Program-made: the position numbers and the translations under genes
Notes under the pieces: generated by a model
Told to the model about the DNA's origin: nothing
Database searches by the model: none
The model's input: the letters and a program-made list of their open reading frames with translations, nothing else
IMG/VR virus record: IMGVR_UViG_3300021197_001472
Span: 1-57,858 of that record
From: a virus
Lineage: Duplodnaviria; Caudoviricetes
DNA: 57,858 nucleotides
Reading direction: 5' to 3' (one strand)
Part shown: positions 28,977 through 40,400 of the stretch, in pieces
Position numbering within the stretch: the first letter of the stretch is position 1
Layout: each line of letters opens with the position of its first letter

Positions 28977-31427
28977 ATGCTTTTCGGTTTCTCTCAATTC
29001 AACGAAGGTAGACGTAAAGCCCAACAGGATTACGCTACCAAACGTACACAGAACCTTGAACACTACAAACGGTGGCGAGAGCTATTTCCTGATGCCCCTA
29101 TCTCTGACCATGAGAACCTTCTTGAAGAACTCTCCGGCGGCAGTAACTACTTACGCAACCAGTTACCTTCCATGGATGCCCTCGAACAATACGGGGCACG
29201 TCGAGATAAAGAACGTTCAATAAAGGATGCTCAGGTACAAGCCCAACAAGCAACTAGCCAGATAAATTTAAACAACAGCATTGCTAGTCTGGTCGAAAAA
29301 GACATTAATTTTAACGACACATATGAAGGGTTAAGCGAAAGAACACTATCTAAATTTACGCCAAATAGTGCTGGCTACAACATTGCAAAACGAACGCTAG
29401 AAGAATACCAGCCAACGTTCGAGAACATACGTCGCAAGAAGATGATGACAGTGTCTCAGGAGATAGCCAACAAGCTGAAAGAAGGAGCAAATCCTGACGC
29501 ACTCGCAATGTCTCTTGGCATTGAAAAATCTGACAACGTTTTCAAGCAAGGCATCTCGCTGTACGACCAAGCACAAAAGGATGACAACGAAGACAAATTC
29601 CAAAAGGCTATGACCGCTGTAAACACTAACGAAAACATACAGACGTTATTGCAATCCGGTGACGACGAAAAAATAAAACAAGCGCGAGCTTTGATATCGA
29701 ACATCGTGGGAAGTTACGGCGTTACAATGACGGCACAGATGCAAGCTCGACTTCAGCAAGGTGCAACCGTCGCAAAATCCGCTGGCTCAATTAATGCGTC
29801 AGAGAGTTTTGTAAACACTGCCGTTGGCAACGGTAATTACATGGGCAACATTGCCACTCTCATGCTGAAGAACAAACGCGTGGATGGAACCACAAACATG
29901 GACGCAGTCAAGGCTCAAGTCCTTGCTACCATGCCTTCAACCATGTCAAACGACGCCAAGGAGATTGCCTTTAAACAACTCACTGCTCTATCTCGAATAA
30001 ATATGCCACAAGCAGTGGCTAACGAAGTTAAAAAACTATCAGAGTTTTTCGACATTGCGGATGCAGACACACCAGCGAAACAGAAAGAAGCCGCAAAAAA
30101 GATGGGTGTATTCGACCCCCAACTTATTAAACTGGCTGGCGCGAAACTCGCTGAAACAAAGACAGCTAATGATTTGAAAAAAGAAGCTGAAGTTAGAAAG
30201 ACTACTTTGAATGCCAATACGATTGCCGATCTAGAATCGTTCGACATAGATAAGCGTGACCGAGCAATAACGAAAATAAAGAACGCTTACACACGAAATG
30301 GCATAAGCCATTTGTTTGACGAATCCCGTTGGGAAGAAGAAGCAGACTCTATGAACGCGAACGCAACCATTAAAATAACAGAATCTAAATTCAATGAAAT
30401 CCAGGGGGGAAATAATTTTAAAGGTGCTATCCAGCTTATGAAAGATGGAGAAGCCGAGAGAGCCATAATGCAACTAAATACATCAATTGGGCCTATGATC
30501 TCTGGGGATGCAAGACAGGATCTTTTAAACAGGTTAATCGAATCAGCAGAGGGACTGGCTGGAGTGGCGATTAACAAAGACTACGAGTCAAAAATTGATC
30601 TCGTAAGAAAATCAGCAGACAAGACGTTCGCCAAAAGACTAGAACTCGCAATCGAATCAGCAAAGGACACAGGACAGACATATGCACAATCGCTCTTTCC
30701 AAGTATACGCACCAAAGACGGGGATGATATTAAGGCTATTGAATATGGCCAATTGTTTCAGGCTGAAGTTGTCTCGCGTGGAATCATAGACCTAACAGGA
30801 ATAGCGCAACAAGCGTTCATAAATGCTGGGAAAGCCGCAAAAAATGAGAAAGATTTCAAAACTAGATTCAAGGAATTGTACAACGCCGCTTACATACAAC
30901 TAAAGGGAAAGAGTGCTGGGGAAACTCGTACTGATTTCATTACCCAATCGATTGCGGCTTTAACACTGAAACCAGAAGTAAAAGAACGCTTCAACAATAG
31001 GGTAACAGAAGTGGGTGAACAAATGAGACGTTTGCCAACCGACTTAAAACTTTTCGGACTACCTAAAACAGATCAAAACCCTAACGGAATTAACGACCCA
31101 GCCGAATGGGAAACGGTCAGAAGAGAAGAAATCCAAGATATAGAGGCCAAAATAAAATCCATCAAACGACATTTCATTCAGCCTAACCGCATGAAGTATG
31201 GTGCGTTAGATGAGGGAACAGAAGACCTCATTGAAGAACTTGAAAAAGATCTCAAGATGATAAAGAAGATGGAGAACCCTGTTCAACGAAGACTTAATGC
31301 CGAAGCGCAATATAGGCAAAGCGTAGTGAACGATCAGTTTAGGCGACAAGGTGGACAAATTGGTGGGAAGACACAAGAGAGTTTTTCAGTTCTAGGAAAC
31401 ACTCAACCTCGATTATACGGACAATAG
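28977..31427 (+). CDS. Putative ejection protein
   Basis: 816-aa helical protein preceding the giant protein. Confidence 0.6.
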   Translation: MLFGFSQFNEGRRKAQQDYATKRTQNLEHYKRWRELFPDAPISDHENLLEELSGGSNYLRNQLPSMDALEQYGARRDKERSIKDAQVQAQQATSQINLNNSIASLVEKDINFNDTYEGLSERTLSKFTPNSAGYNIAKRTLEEYQPTFENIRRKKMMTVSQEIANKLKEGANPDALAMSLGIEKSDNVFKQGISLYDQAQKDDNEDKFQKAMTAVNTNENIQTLLQSGDDEKIKQARALISNIVGSYGVTMTAQMQARLQQGATVAKSAGSINASESFVNTAVGNGNYMGNIATLMLKNKRVDGTTNMDAVKAQVLATMPSTMSNDAKEIAFKQLTALSRINMPQAVANEVKKLSEFFDIADADTPAKQKEAAKKMGVFDPQLIKLAGAKLAETKTANDLKKEAEVRKTTLNANTIADLESFDIDKRDRAITKIKNAYTRNGISHLFDESRWEEEADSMNANATIKITESKFNEIQGGNNFKGAIQLMKDGEAERAIMQLNTSIGPMISGDARQDLLNRLIESAEGLAGVAINKDYESKIDLVRKSADKTFAKRLELAIESAKDTGQTYAQSLFPSIRTKDGDDIKAIEYGQLFQAEVVSRGIIDLTGIAQQAFINAGKAAKNEKDFKTRFKELYNAAYIQLKGKSAGETRTDFITQSIAALTLKPEVKERFNNRVTEVGEQMRRLPTDLKLFGLPKTDQNPNGINDPAEWETVRREEIQDIEAKIKSIKRHFIQPNRMKYGALDEGTEDLIEELEKDLKMIKKMENPVQRRLNAEAQYRQSVVNDQFRRQGGQIGGKTQESFSVLGNTQPRLYGQ

Positions 31428-31484
31428 GGACGACCGTACCTCAGTTTCCAACGATAAATAGGTATCGGAAACTGGAGTACCGTA

Positions 31485-34400
31485 ATGAAATTATCTGAAT
31501 CAGCTATACAGCGTTTGGCCGACATCAGGTCAAGAGCCGCCCCTCAACAATCTGGCTCTGACTATCTCTCAAACTTCGACCCCAAAACAGTCTTATCCAA
31601 TCCTCAATTCTTACAGGACGTTCGAGATGTTATGTCATCTCAAGGACAAGAGTTCGCGTCCGACGACGAGATGCTCCAAGAGTTTTTCTGGGAGAGAAAC
31701 TGGCGCGACCTAAACTTCGGTGCCGCAGTCGGAGGTGATGCTGGATACAACGCAGTAAACCGTGCAACAGATGACATCAAATCCAAGATGGGACGTATCC
31801 AACGCGTCTTCGATCAGTACCCTGCATTCTGGCAAGAAGGTGGCCGAGGCATTATCGAAGGTCTAGAAGACTCTGTACCTGCTCTGCTTCTTGCTCCAGA
31901 AAATCTGCTTCCAGGTGGTGCCGCAGTCAAAGCTGGCAGGGGTGCGTACGTTGCGGGGAAATCTGCGCTTGGTGCTGGTATAAAGGAAGGTGGTAAGTAC
32001 GGTTTGATTGCCAGTGCCCCCGTTGAATTTGGACAGAACATTGCCAATCAGCTTACCGATCTTGAATCCGAAGCACAGACTGAGTTCAGTGGGACTGAAC
32101 TAGCGACAGCAACTGCTCTTGGGGGTGTGTTTGGTGCTGGCGTTGGCGGTGTTATAGGTGGTGTAGCTGGAGCAGTTGGCGGTAAACTAGCTAAAGGTGC
32201 CCTACAAAAAATTGGCCAGTTACAAGACAGCAAGGCACAGATGCTCGATGCCGATCCCAACGCAGACACAAGTGCAATAGATGCAGAAATACAAGCCCTT
32301 CAACAAAAGAACGAGATACCTGCCGCACAGGAAGCAATTGAAGAAGAAGACTTTGTAGACACCACACCCGATCCCATAGAGCCAGATGAAGATCCTACTA
32401 TCGACCTCATGGCAGAGGCAGATGCAGAAAAATCTATTGCCCAGAATCTTTACAACGAGAACAACCTTGGCGGTATAGACAAACGCCTCGACAAGAGTGC
32501 CCTGAAAGATCCTGAAGTTAAGGAGTCTTTTAAGCAAGCCAAGGTCGCAATGAACAAGGCTGGAATATACAGGCAGGTAGCCCGAACACAAAAGGCAATC
32601 GAAGAGATAGATCGTAAACTTGAAACTGAAACAAACCAGAAAAAGCAATACGCGCTTGAACAAGAAAAGATCGATCTCGAAGTAAACTACGGGGCCGTAC
32701 TTGAATATGTGAAACGTGGACAGGCAGAAGAACTTGAAGACGCAGTCAATACAATGGCTGAGAACCAATACCGGAGAGACGAGAATCAACTCATGCTCGA
32801 TCTCGACGATCCTGATGCACCGAAAAAAGAGACTGCTGCTGAAACTGATCCAGAGCCTACCGCTCCTGAGCCTGAGCCTGAGCCAGTAGACGCATTGGAA
32901 GCACGTTACGCAGAGATGGCTAACGTGAACAATGCAGTCGATACAATCGAGAGCCTAAACCTTGAACCAGAACAACTTGCCTCACTGGAAGACAACCCAG
33001 AGATAATGCGTGAAATGCTTACTGGCCTTAATCAAGGTGTGGAAGGATACACCGTACCAGATCTCTCTAAAGTTTTTGCCAAGCTCAGAGGCACAGACGA
33101 GCCAGAAGTTCTTGAAGCTCCAACAGGCGTCACTGCTCAGTCTTTCAAAACCCGATTGGCTAAATCGGTCACATCGAAGATGGACTTGGATGCACTCAGC
33201 CAAGGCACCCGTCAATCATTTATGACTGACTTAGAAAAGTTCGTAGACCGACTCTCTATCCAGAAAGAAAAGACACCATCTTTCAAGATGATGGACTCTC
33301 TGCGTGAGCTTGCCGAACTTGAATACCAACGTCTCATCGAAATGGATGAAGGCCGACGTGAGGGCGGTCAATCATTCCTTGGAAGAGACGACACCTTTTT
33401 CAACAACGAAGAAGGCCGTAGGCAAGCTGGCCTTGGCAAAGCGGAAAGAAAAGCTACACGCAAAGACATCACAGAAGCCGCTGGTTTGAAGGCCCGTGCA
33501 GAACAGAATAAAGCTGAGAACGAAGCCCTCAAGGGTAAGGATGCTGACGACACTTCCAAATATAAAGACACGACCATTAGTGCCATCATGTCTACAGGTC
33601 GCAAACTACCCAATGGTAATCAGCGTTACCGAAAAGGTGACCGTGTCACCTACAACGCAGACACTAAAAAATTCACCATCGAGAAGATGTCAAAGCGACG
33701 AGGCTCCAAGGTGGCTACGCCTACTGAAGCTCTTGCAAGTATTGACGACAGTAAGGAATTTGCTGAAGCACTCGTACAACTCGTCTCTGATGGAAAGCTA
33801 GATCCATCTGCCATAGGTGAAATACAGGCACAACGCCGCGCACGATTGGCTGGTGCAAAGGAAGAAGTTGCTCCAACCGCCGCAACCGAAGAGGTTGCCC
33901 CCGCTGTTTCAACAGATACACCCGTTGAAACGACTACAGCTTCCTCGACCATGCCCCAAATACCTGATGGCCGTGTACATGCCATAAGACGCAAGAATCC
34001 AAAAAGTAAAGTTCACAAATACGAACACAGAATGCTTGGCAAGAACCAAACATCCTACGATCAGCTATACGGAAAGAGCGACCCCTCTGGCTGGGAACGT
34101 GGGCACGTAAGCATCGACGACAATCCATTCAGAGGCAAGGTGAATTTCGTGCCACTTGGCGAAGAAGCCGTGGAAGATACTGTTACTGCCGCCATAGAGA
34201 ATCCCCCGCTACCAGCCAAAGACATTCCAACAATCGAGAAGCTCCGACAAGACCCCTTGAACGACGTTAACTACATAGAAGTTGCTGGATTAGAGGGTTC
34301 CCCGTTCGAAGAGAACTTGGTTGATTTTGACAAAAGAATTAAAAAGATAGAGGATTTATACAGCGTTCTTCCAGAGTATAAAGCTTCCGAGCAAACGCGA

Positions 34401-37400
34401 TTAGAAGCATGGGGTGCATTGGATAAAATTTTCAGTGCAGGGAAACTAGAAGGCACTAGTGTTTCAGATCTTCAATTAGATAAACAGATGGCTAAAGATG
34501 TCCTCCGACGTTTGAGCAATGCCAATAAAGGAATGGCCCCTCAAATTAGCAGAGGTGACCAAGGCGCATACGTGGGAAAAACTGGTGGCATCCAACTAAG
34601 TCCTAGCATAAATGGAAGGGATCAGTATCACACCGTAATACATGAAATGTTCCATTGGGCATACATGAATGTCTTAACGCCGCAAGACCGTGGCAACATG
34701 CTCAAAGAAATGCGTTCTTATTACGCTCCTGATGGATCGCTGGACTATCAAAAAATCCAAGAGATGTCTCCCTATCTTATTCAGTTTCCAACTGAAGCGA
34801 ATAACGCTCAAAAAGCGGCGATGGTTGCGACAGGCAAACTAGATCCTATGGAAGCAAAGTACCCAACTCGAAGGACAGAAAGAGACCAAGTGGTTATGAG
34901 TCGGTTTAGCCCACAAGAGTTCTTGGCTGGACAATTTCAAATGTACGTGGAAGGTCGGCTACCGTACAAAGGGACACTGCTTTCAAAGATGGGATACTTG
35001 CTTGAACGCATAGTAGAACACATGTTTGGAATGAAGAAGAAATCCCCTGTCGATAAAAATTTAATTCCTTATTTCGATAAACTTTACAGTGACAACGCAC
35101 AAGATTTTATTTCGAGGACAAGCGACCCTACAACCCCAGAGGGTAAATCTATTGAAACCATTATGGATGGGTTCAATAACCAGAGAATAGACTTAGAAGA
35201 CGCATTTGATAATGTATCCGATGTAGACGGCAGAACTGTTTATGGCCCCTCCTCCAGACAGATCAGACAATCATACAATTCTCTTGATGCTTTAATAGAG
35301 CCTGATGAAACAGGTGTGTCAGTTGCATCAGACTTGGTGAGGGAAACAGAACTTGGTCGCGCACTGAATGACAGCCCGACAGTCAGGCAAGAATTAGCAA
35401 AGGTTCTTGATGATATAAACATACTGCTTCGCAAGGACGCTAATCCCTCTGGTTCTCCCATATCAAGTCCATTGGATCGTTTAGATGCAGGTAATCGCGT
35501 GATTGATGCTTTTGATATGATCGATGAAGCCTTATTCCAAAGATATAAAAGCGTCGAGGGTTCCAACCCACGGCCTGTGGCCATTCCTGTCAGACCAATA
35601 AAGCAAGCAACTTCTGGAGAGGGTAAAAGGAATCAAAAACTTCTTGAAGATGTAAGAGAAGCACAGGTCAAATTTCAACAGGAATTTTCAGAGTCAGGTT
35701 CAAGTCGAGAAGAGTTAAAATCGATACTGCAAATGGTAACCGAATTTACATCTGGCCTCTCATATCACGGGGGCAATCCATTAGCTGGCTCTGTCCGACG
35801 TATTGGTAATCGCACAAGCAATCCCAAGAATAGAAATTTAGTTGTAGGAGAAAAGGCAGAGCGTCTCTCGTTACCAACCAGAGCAACAGCCGCTCAAATT
35901 GCAGAGAACCCAGACAACGCTTACTTTGGATACGACAAACGTTTTCTACTCCCTGGCACCATCCAGAAAATCTCCAGAGATATGAGGGCGATGATGGGCT
36001 TAGAGGGTAAAGGTACTACCAAAGAAGATGTAGCTATGTATGCCGACATGGACGAACAAACGTGGGTTACCACGGCAGTCAATTCATTTGATGACATGAT
36101 GGATCAGATGTATCTGGCAGATACAAGACTGCAATTTAAAATTATTCACGAAGACCGACTGCAAGTCAAAAGGGACAAAGCTACTGCCAAGGCCAACAGG
36201 CAAAAAGTTGTTGAGAAAAAACGTGTAGAGGTAGCGAAGGAATCTAAAAAGGTCGCAGACAAGAAACCAGTGGATACAAAGCCAACGCCAACCAAGAAGA
36301 CACGCAAGAAAACCCGCACAAATAAACGCACGAAGACTGCCCCTGCTAGATCTCTCGATGAGGAAATCAGGACAAAGCCTGAGACACAACGTTCGCGTGA
36401 CATAGGCGCGGAATGGATACGACGTGTTCGAGCCGCATCTGACATCGAACCTGTAGCCATTGATATGGACACAGTGCGTATGCCCGACGCCGAACTTGAG
36501 AGTAGTCTTATCAAGGCTCTTAACGACGGCAACAAAAAAGATGTACAGAAGTATAGCTACGAGATGTTCCTTCGAAACAATCCAGACGCAAAGCCAATCT
36601 TAAAATTCGAAAGCCCAAAACTTGTTGGCCTTCTCGAACTTGAAGACCTGCACACACGCGGAGTGTCCAGAGTAGAAGGTGTGCCTAATGATGCACCCGA
36701 ATACATCCGGTCAGTCTTAACCAAGGTCACACACAGAGATCCCGACACACAACGTGTGGCACGAAACTTGGCTCATCGTCTGTTGCTCCTAAGCGATAGC
36801 CCAGCTAAAGCTGATGAAAAATTTGACATCAACGGGGATGGGTTCAACGATTTCAGAAACGAACTTCGCTCCCTGTCGAAAGCACTAGTTGGCTCTGGCA
36901 AAACACAAACAATGTCTGGCGCGGAAACAGTTGATATGGCCATGCGCTTGGCAATACAAGCAAACCCCCTCACCGACCTCGACGCAAAGATTATCAAAAA
37001 GCAGTTTGATTTAGATCAATTCCAAGCTGTTCGCGTTGAAGTCGAAAGAGATATGCTTGGAGACAACACACAGGACATGGCAAACGAATGGTTCATGCGT
37101 ATGCTTTCCAAGGCTATATCTGGCGAACGGGGAGAAGCTCCGTTCACAGGTAGTGGATTTGAACACCTCAACAATCTTGTAAAAGAACGCATCAAAGACA
37201 CGAGCTACCTAGTGAATGGATTGATGAGCAGAGGTGATGTTCGCAAAGCAGGTAGACGCCTAACCCTATACGGTGATCTGTTTAAAAATGTCACGCCCAA
37301 AGACAATGAGTTACGCATGGTAAACCAAAAGCAATTCATTGGCAGTGGCCTTGGTGCTGATGCTGAGGGGAATCCGATCACTTACTACCACTCTTCCCCG

Positions 37401-40400
37401 AACACGAAAGTATTCGACGAAAAAGATTTTATCTTTGATGGCTCTTCTGGATTTACTAAATACGGCAAGGGAATATACCTATCTAGGCGTCCAGAAGTTT
37501 CTTCGGAAATGTTTGCCGACATGCCCACCCCAATGGCAATGGACAGGATGATGCGAAACGCTACATCAAGTCCCGAAGAATTGGGTTTAGGTATGCATGT
37601 AGTTGAAGATTATCTGGAGGTTCGTTCAAATCTTCGTGAGATAGATAACGATTTAAGAAACAACGTTGATTTACCATTCGATGTTGATGGTGTTGTCTAT
37701 AACCTAATCGAAAAGTCTGAAGACTTGACCAGACAGTTAAAAGATTTTGGCGTTGAGATGTCACCTGGAACCGTTCCTGTGATTGTACGGGCAGAGAATC
37801 CTTTAGACATTACAGAAGCTACTAAAATAACCAAAGCCAGCTACGACTCTGGCATAGGTCAAGTAGTCGAGCAACTCGATAGTGCTGGCCTCATCGACAT
37901 GGAATATTTAGATTCAAAGTTAGCTGGTATGGGGCGTCCCATGTTTGCGAAAACTTTCATGGCACAGGACGTTTACATCAATGTTTTAGACGCCATGGTA
38001 CAGCAACGTATGAAGACGCCTGATACAACCGATCGCCCTATAGATGTCATAGGTCTCGAAGACCAAATAACGACAAGAGACTTATTCAATGAAGTAGCTG
38101 AGTTCATAGGTTTCGATAGCTTGAGAACCACTGAGTACAATTCAAACCTTGAGCAAGGAGGCCGGACTGACTCCTATGAAGGGGCAGTGATTTTCAACTC
38201 ATCATCTGTCAAGCATCCAGACGCAGAATACTTTGATAGCGATAGCCCATTCTTCTGGGAAAGCCCACAGACTTCTGCACAATCCCCGCAAGGAAAGTTA
38301 TTCCAGACTCTTGTGACAGACGAGGATGCCACTGCCGCAAACACTGGCCAGTTTTACACTGACGCAGAAGGATTGGGAGCGCATCCATCAGTCGTTGATG
38401 CAATGAAAAAGATCGGGGCCAAGAAAGAATTAGCTACCGAAGACTATCAAGCTCTATCCAAATACAACCCGATACGTTTCCTATCCGACAACGCAAAGAA
38501 GCTCCGGTACAACAACATGCATTGGTTAGGTAACTGGGCGAAGCCAGAGGATGGCGTCTCCATTCACGACACAGAGAATGCTGACATGGCTAAGAAGGTA
38601 ATGCCTCTCTTCACCGAAATGAAAAAGTTATCTGGTGAAGGTAAGGTCATGCGCTGGGGCAGAGGTTTAAAATTCTATGGGCAAGCAAGCCAACCAAAAG
38701 AGTACAAGAATATCGTTCGTGCATTACGAAGACAGAGTCAAAACAACTTACAAAACTTGACTGCTGCCGAAAAGAAAGTTGCCGTCGCGATACGCTCTCG
38801 CTTTGATCTTGAACTACAGGACATGAAAGACGCTGGCATACGCGTTGGCACAATACCTGATAACTACTTCCCACAAGTCTGGAACGTCGAGGCTATCAGG
38901 GAAAACTACAGTAAATTCACAAAAGCTTTGACAGCTTACCTACACAAAGAACAGACGACACGGCTAAAGCCCAGTGAATACAGAGAAGTACGCGATCTCC
39001 AAGACATCGCAGATCACATGGCCAACACACTCATAGCTGAAGACGGTGTTTACTTGCCGCATCAATCCTCAAAGTATGCAAGGGCGGGTGGTAAGACAGA
39101 CGCTGAGTATATGAGATTGATCCGTTTGAACGAAGCAGATGGTAAAGGCAAACTCGTATATGAAGACGTCCTAAATTTTATGGAGAAGGAAGGATTCCTA
39201 GCAGACGACTTACAATCTGTAATCAGTAAATACTTTGAGGGAACTACCAGACGCATAGCGTACCAGAAGAAATTTGGTACAAACAACCATGGCTTCTACG
39301 ATTACATACAGGTACGAGCTAACGGCGCGAAGGAAGCAGTCAAGCTTCTATCCACTGATAAAGTCGTAACCTCTACCCGTAAACGATACCCAGAATTTGG
39401 CCAAGGTATAGAGAACCACACTGTTCGTATCCCAGAACTACGAGGTATGCGCGAAGACCAAGCTGACATGGCCGTTCAGATTGCTATGCAGAACATAGAG
39501 AATGGTGCAGGGGTTCAACAAACGATGAACTATCTGAACGCACTCAAGCCCAACTCTGGCCGTGGCTACCGCCGACGTGTGGAAGCTATCGCCAATGGCC
39601 TAGTCGAACATCAAAAATTCGGGAACCTAGAAAAGAAATCCGCGACCGATACCGATCCAGTTGTATTTGCCGAAAACTATTTCAGTATCCTACAGGGCAG
39701 ACCCGTGAACAACGACGCATATTTCCAGACACGAAGGCGCGTATCGAAAGGTGCCCGTGCATTTAACTCTGTCACCTTACTTGGCTTCACCACCTTGACA
39801 TCATTCACTGATGTGAGCTTGCCATTTATTCGCGGGGCACGTTTCAGAGATGCAACGAAAGCACTGTACAATTCTACCGTTGGCCCTGACGCAAAACATT
39901 ATCGTGCGGCCCTCGCTTCTGTAGGTGCATCAATGGACAACATCACCCATAGCAGAATGACTATGTTGTACGGTGGAACAGGCGGGAAAATATCAAACGC
40001 TTTCTTCAATGCGAACTTGCTCACGCCATGGACTAACGGCATGAAGGAAGCCGCTGTTGCGATTGGCTACGAGATGCTTAAAGCGAACGCCCGTATTGCA
40101 CAGGAAGCACGACAGTCTGGGGTCATAGGGCAAAGCAGAAAGTTCCGACAAGCTAAACGAAAGCTATCGCAGTTTGGACTCGGTGATTACGCCGACAACG
40201 ATCGATCACTAGAAGATGTTGCTCTCTTATACGACGACCCTCGTTTGAGAGCGGCCCTTCACAAGTTTAGCGGAGAGTCCATATTCTCGCCGTCCAAAAC
40301 AGATGTGCCATTGATCTTTCAAGACCCCATGTCACCAGAGGGTGCGATGCTGTTCCAGCTTAAATCATACCCGCTTATGTATCAGCGTTTGGCATACCGC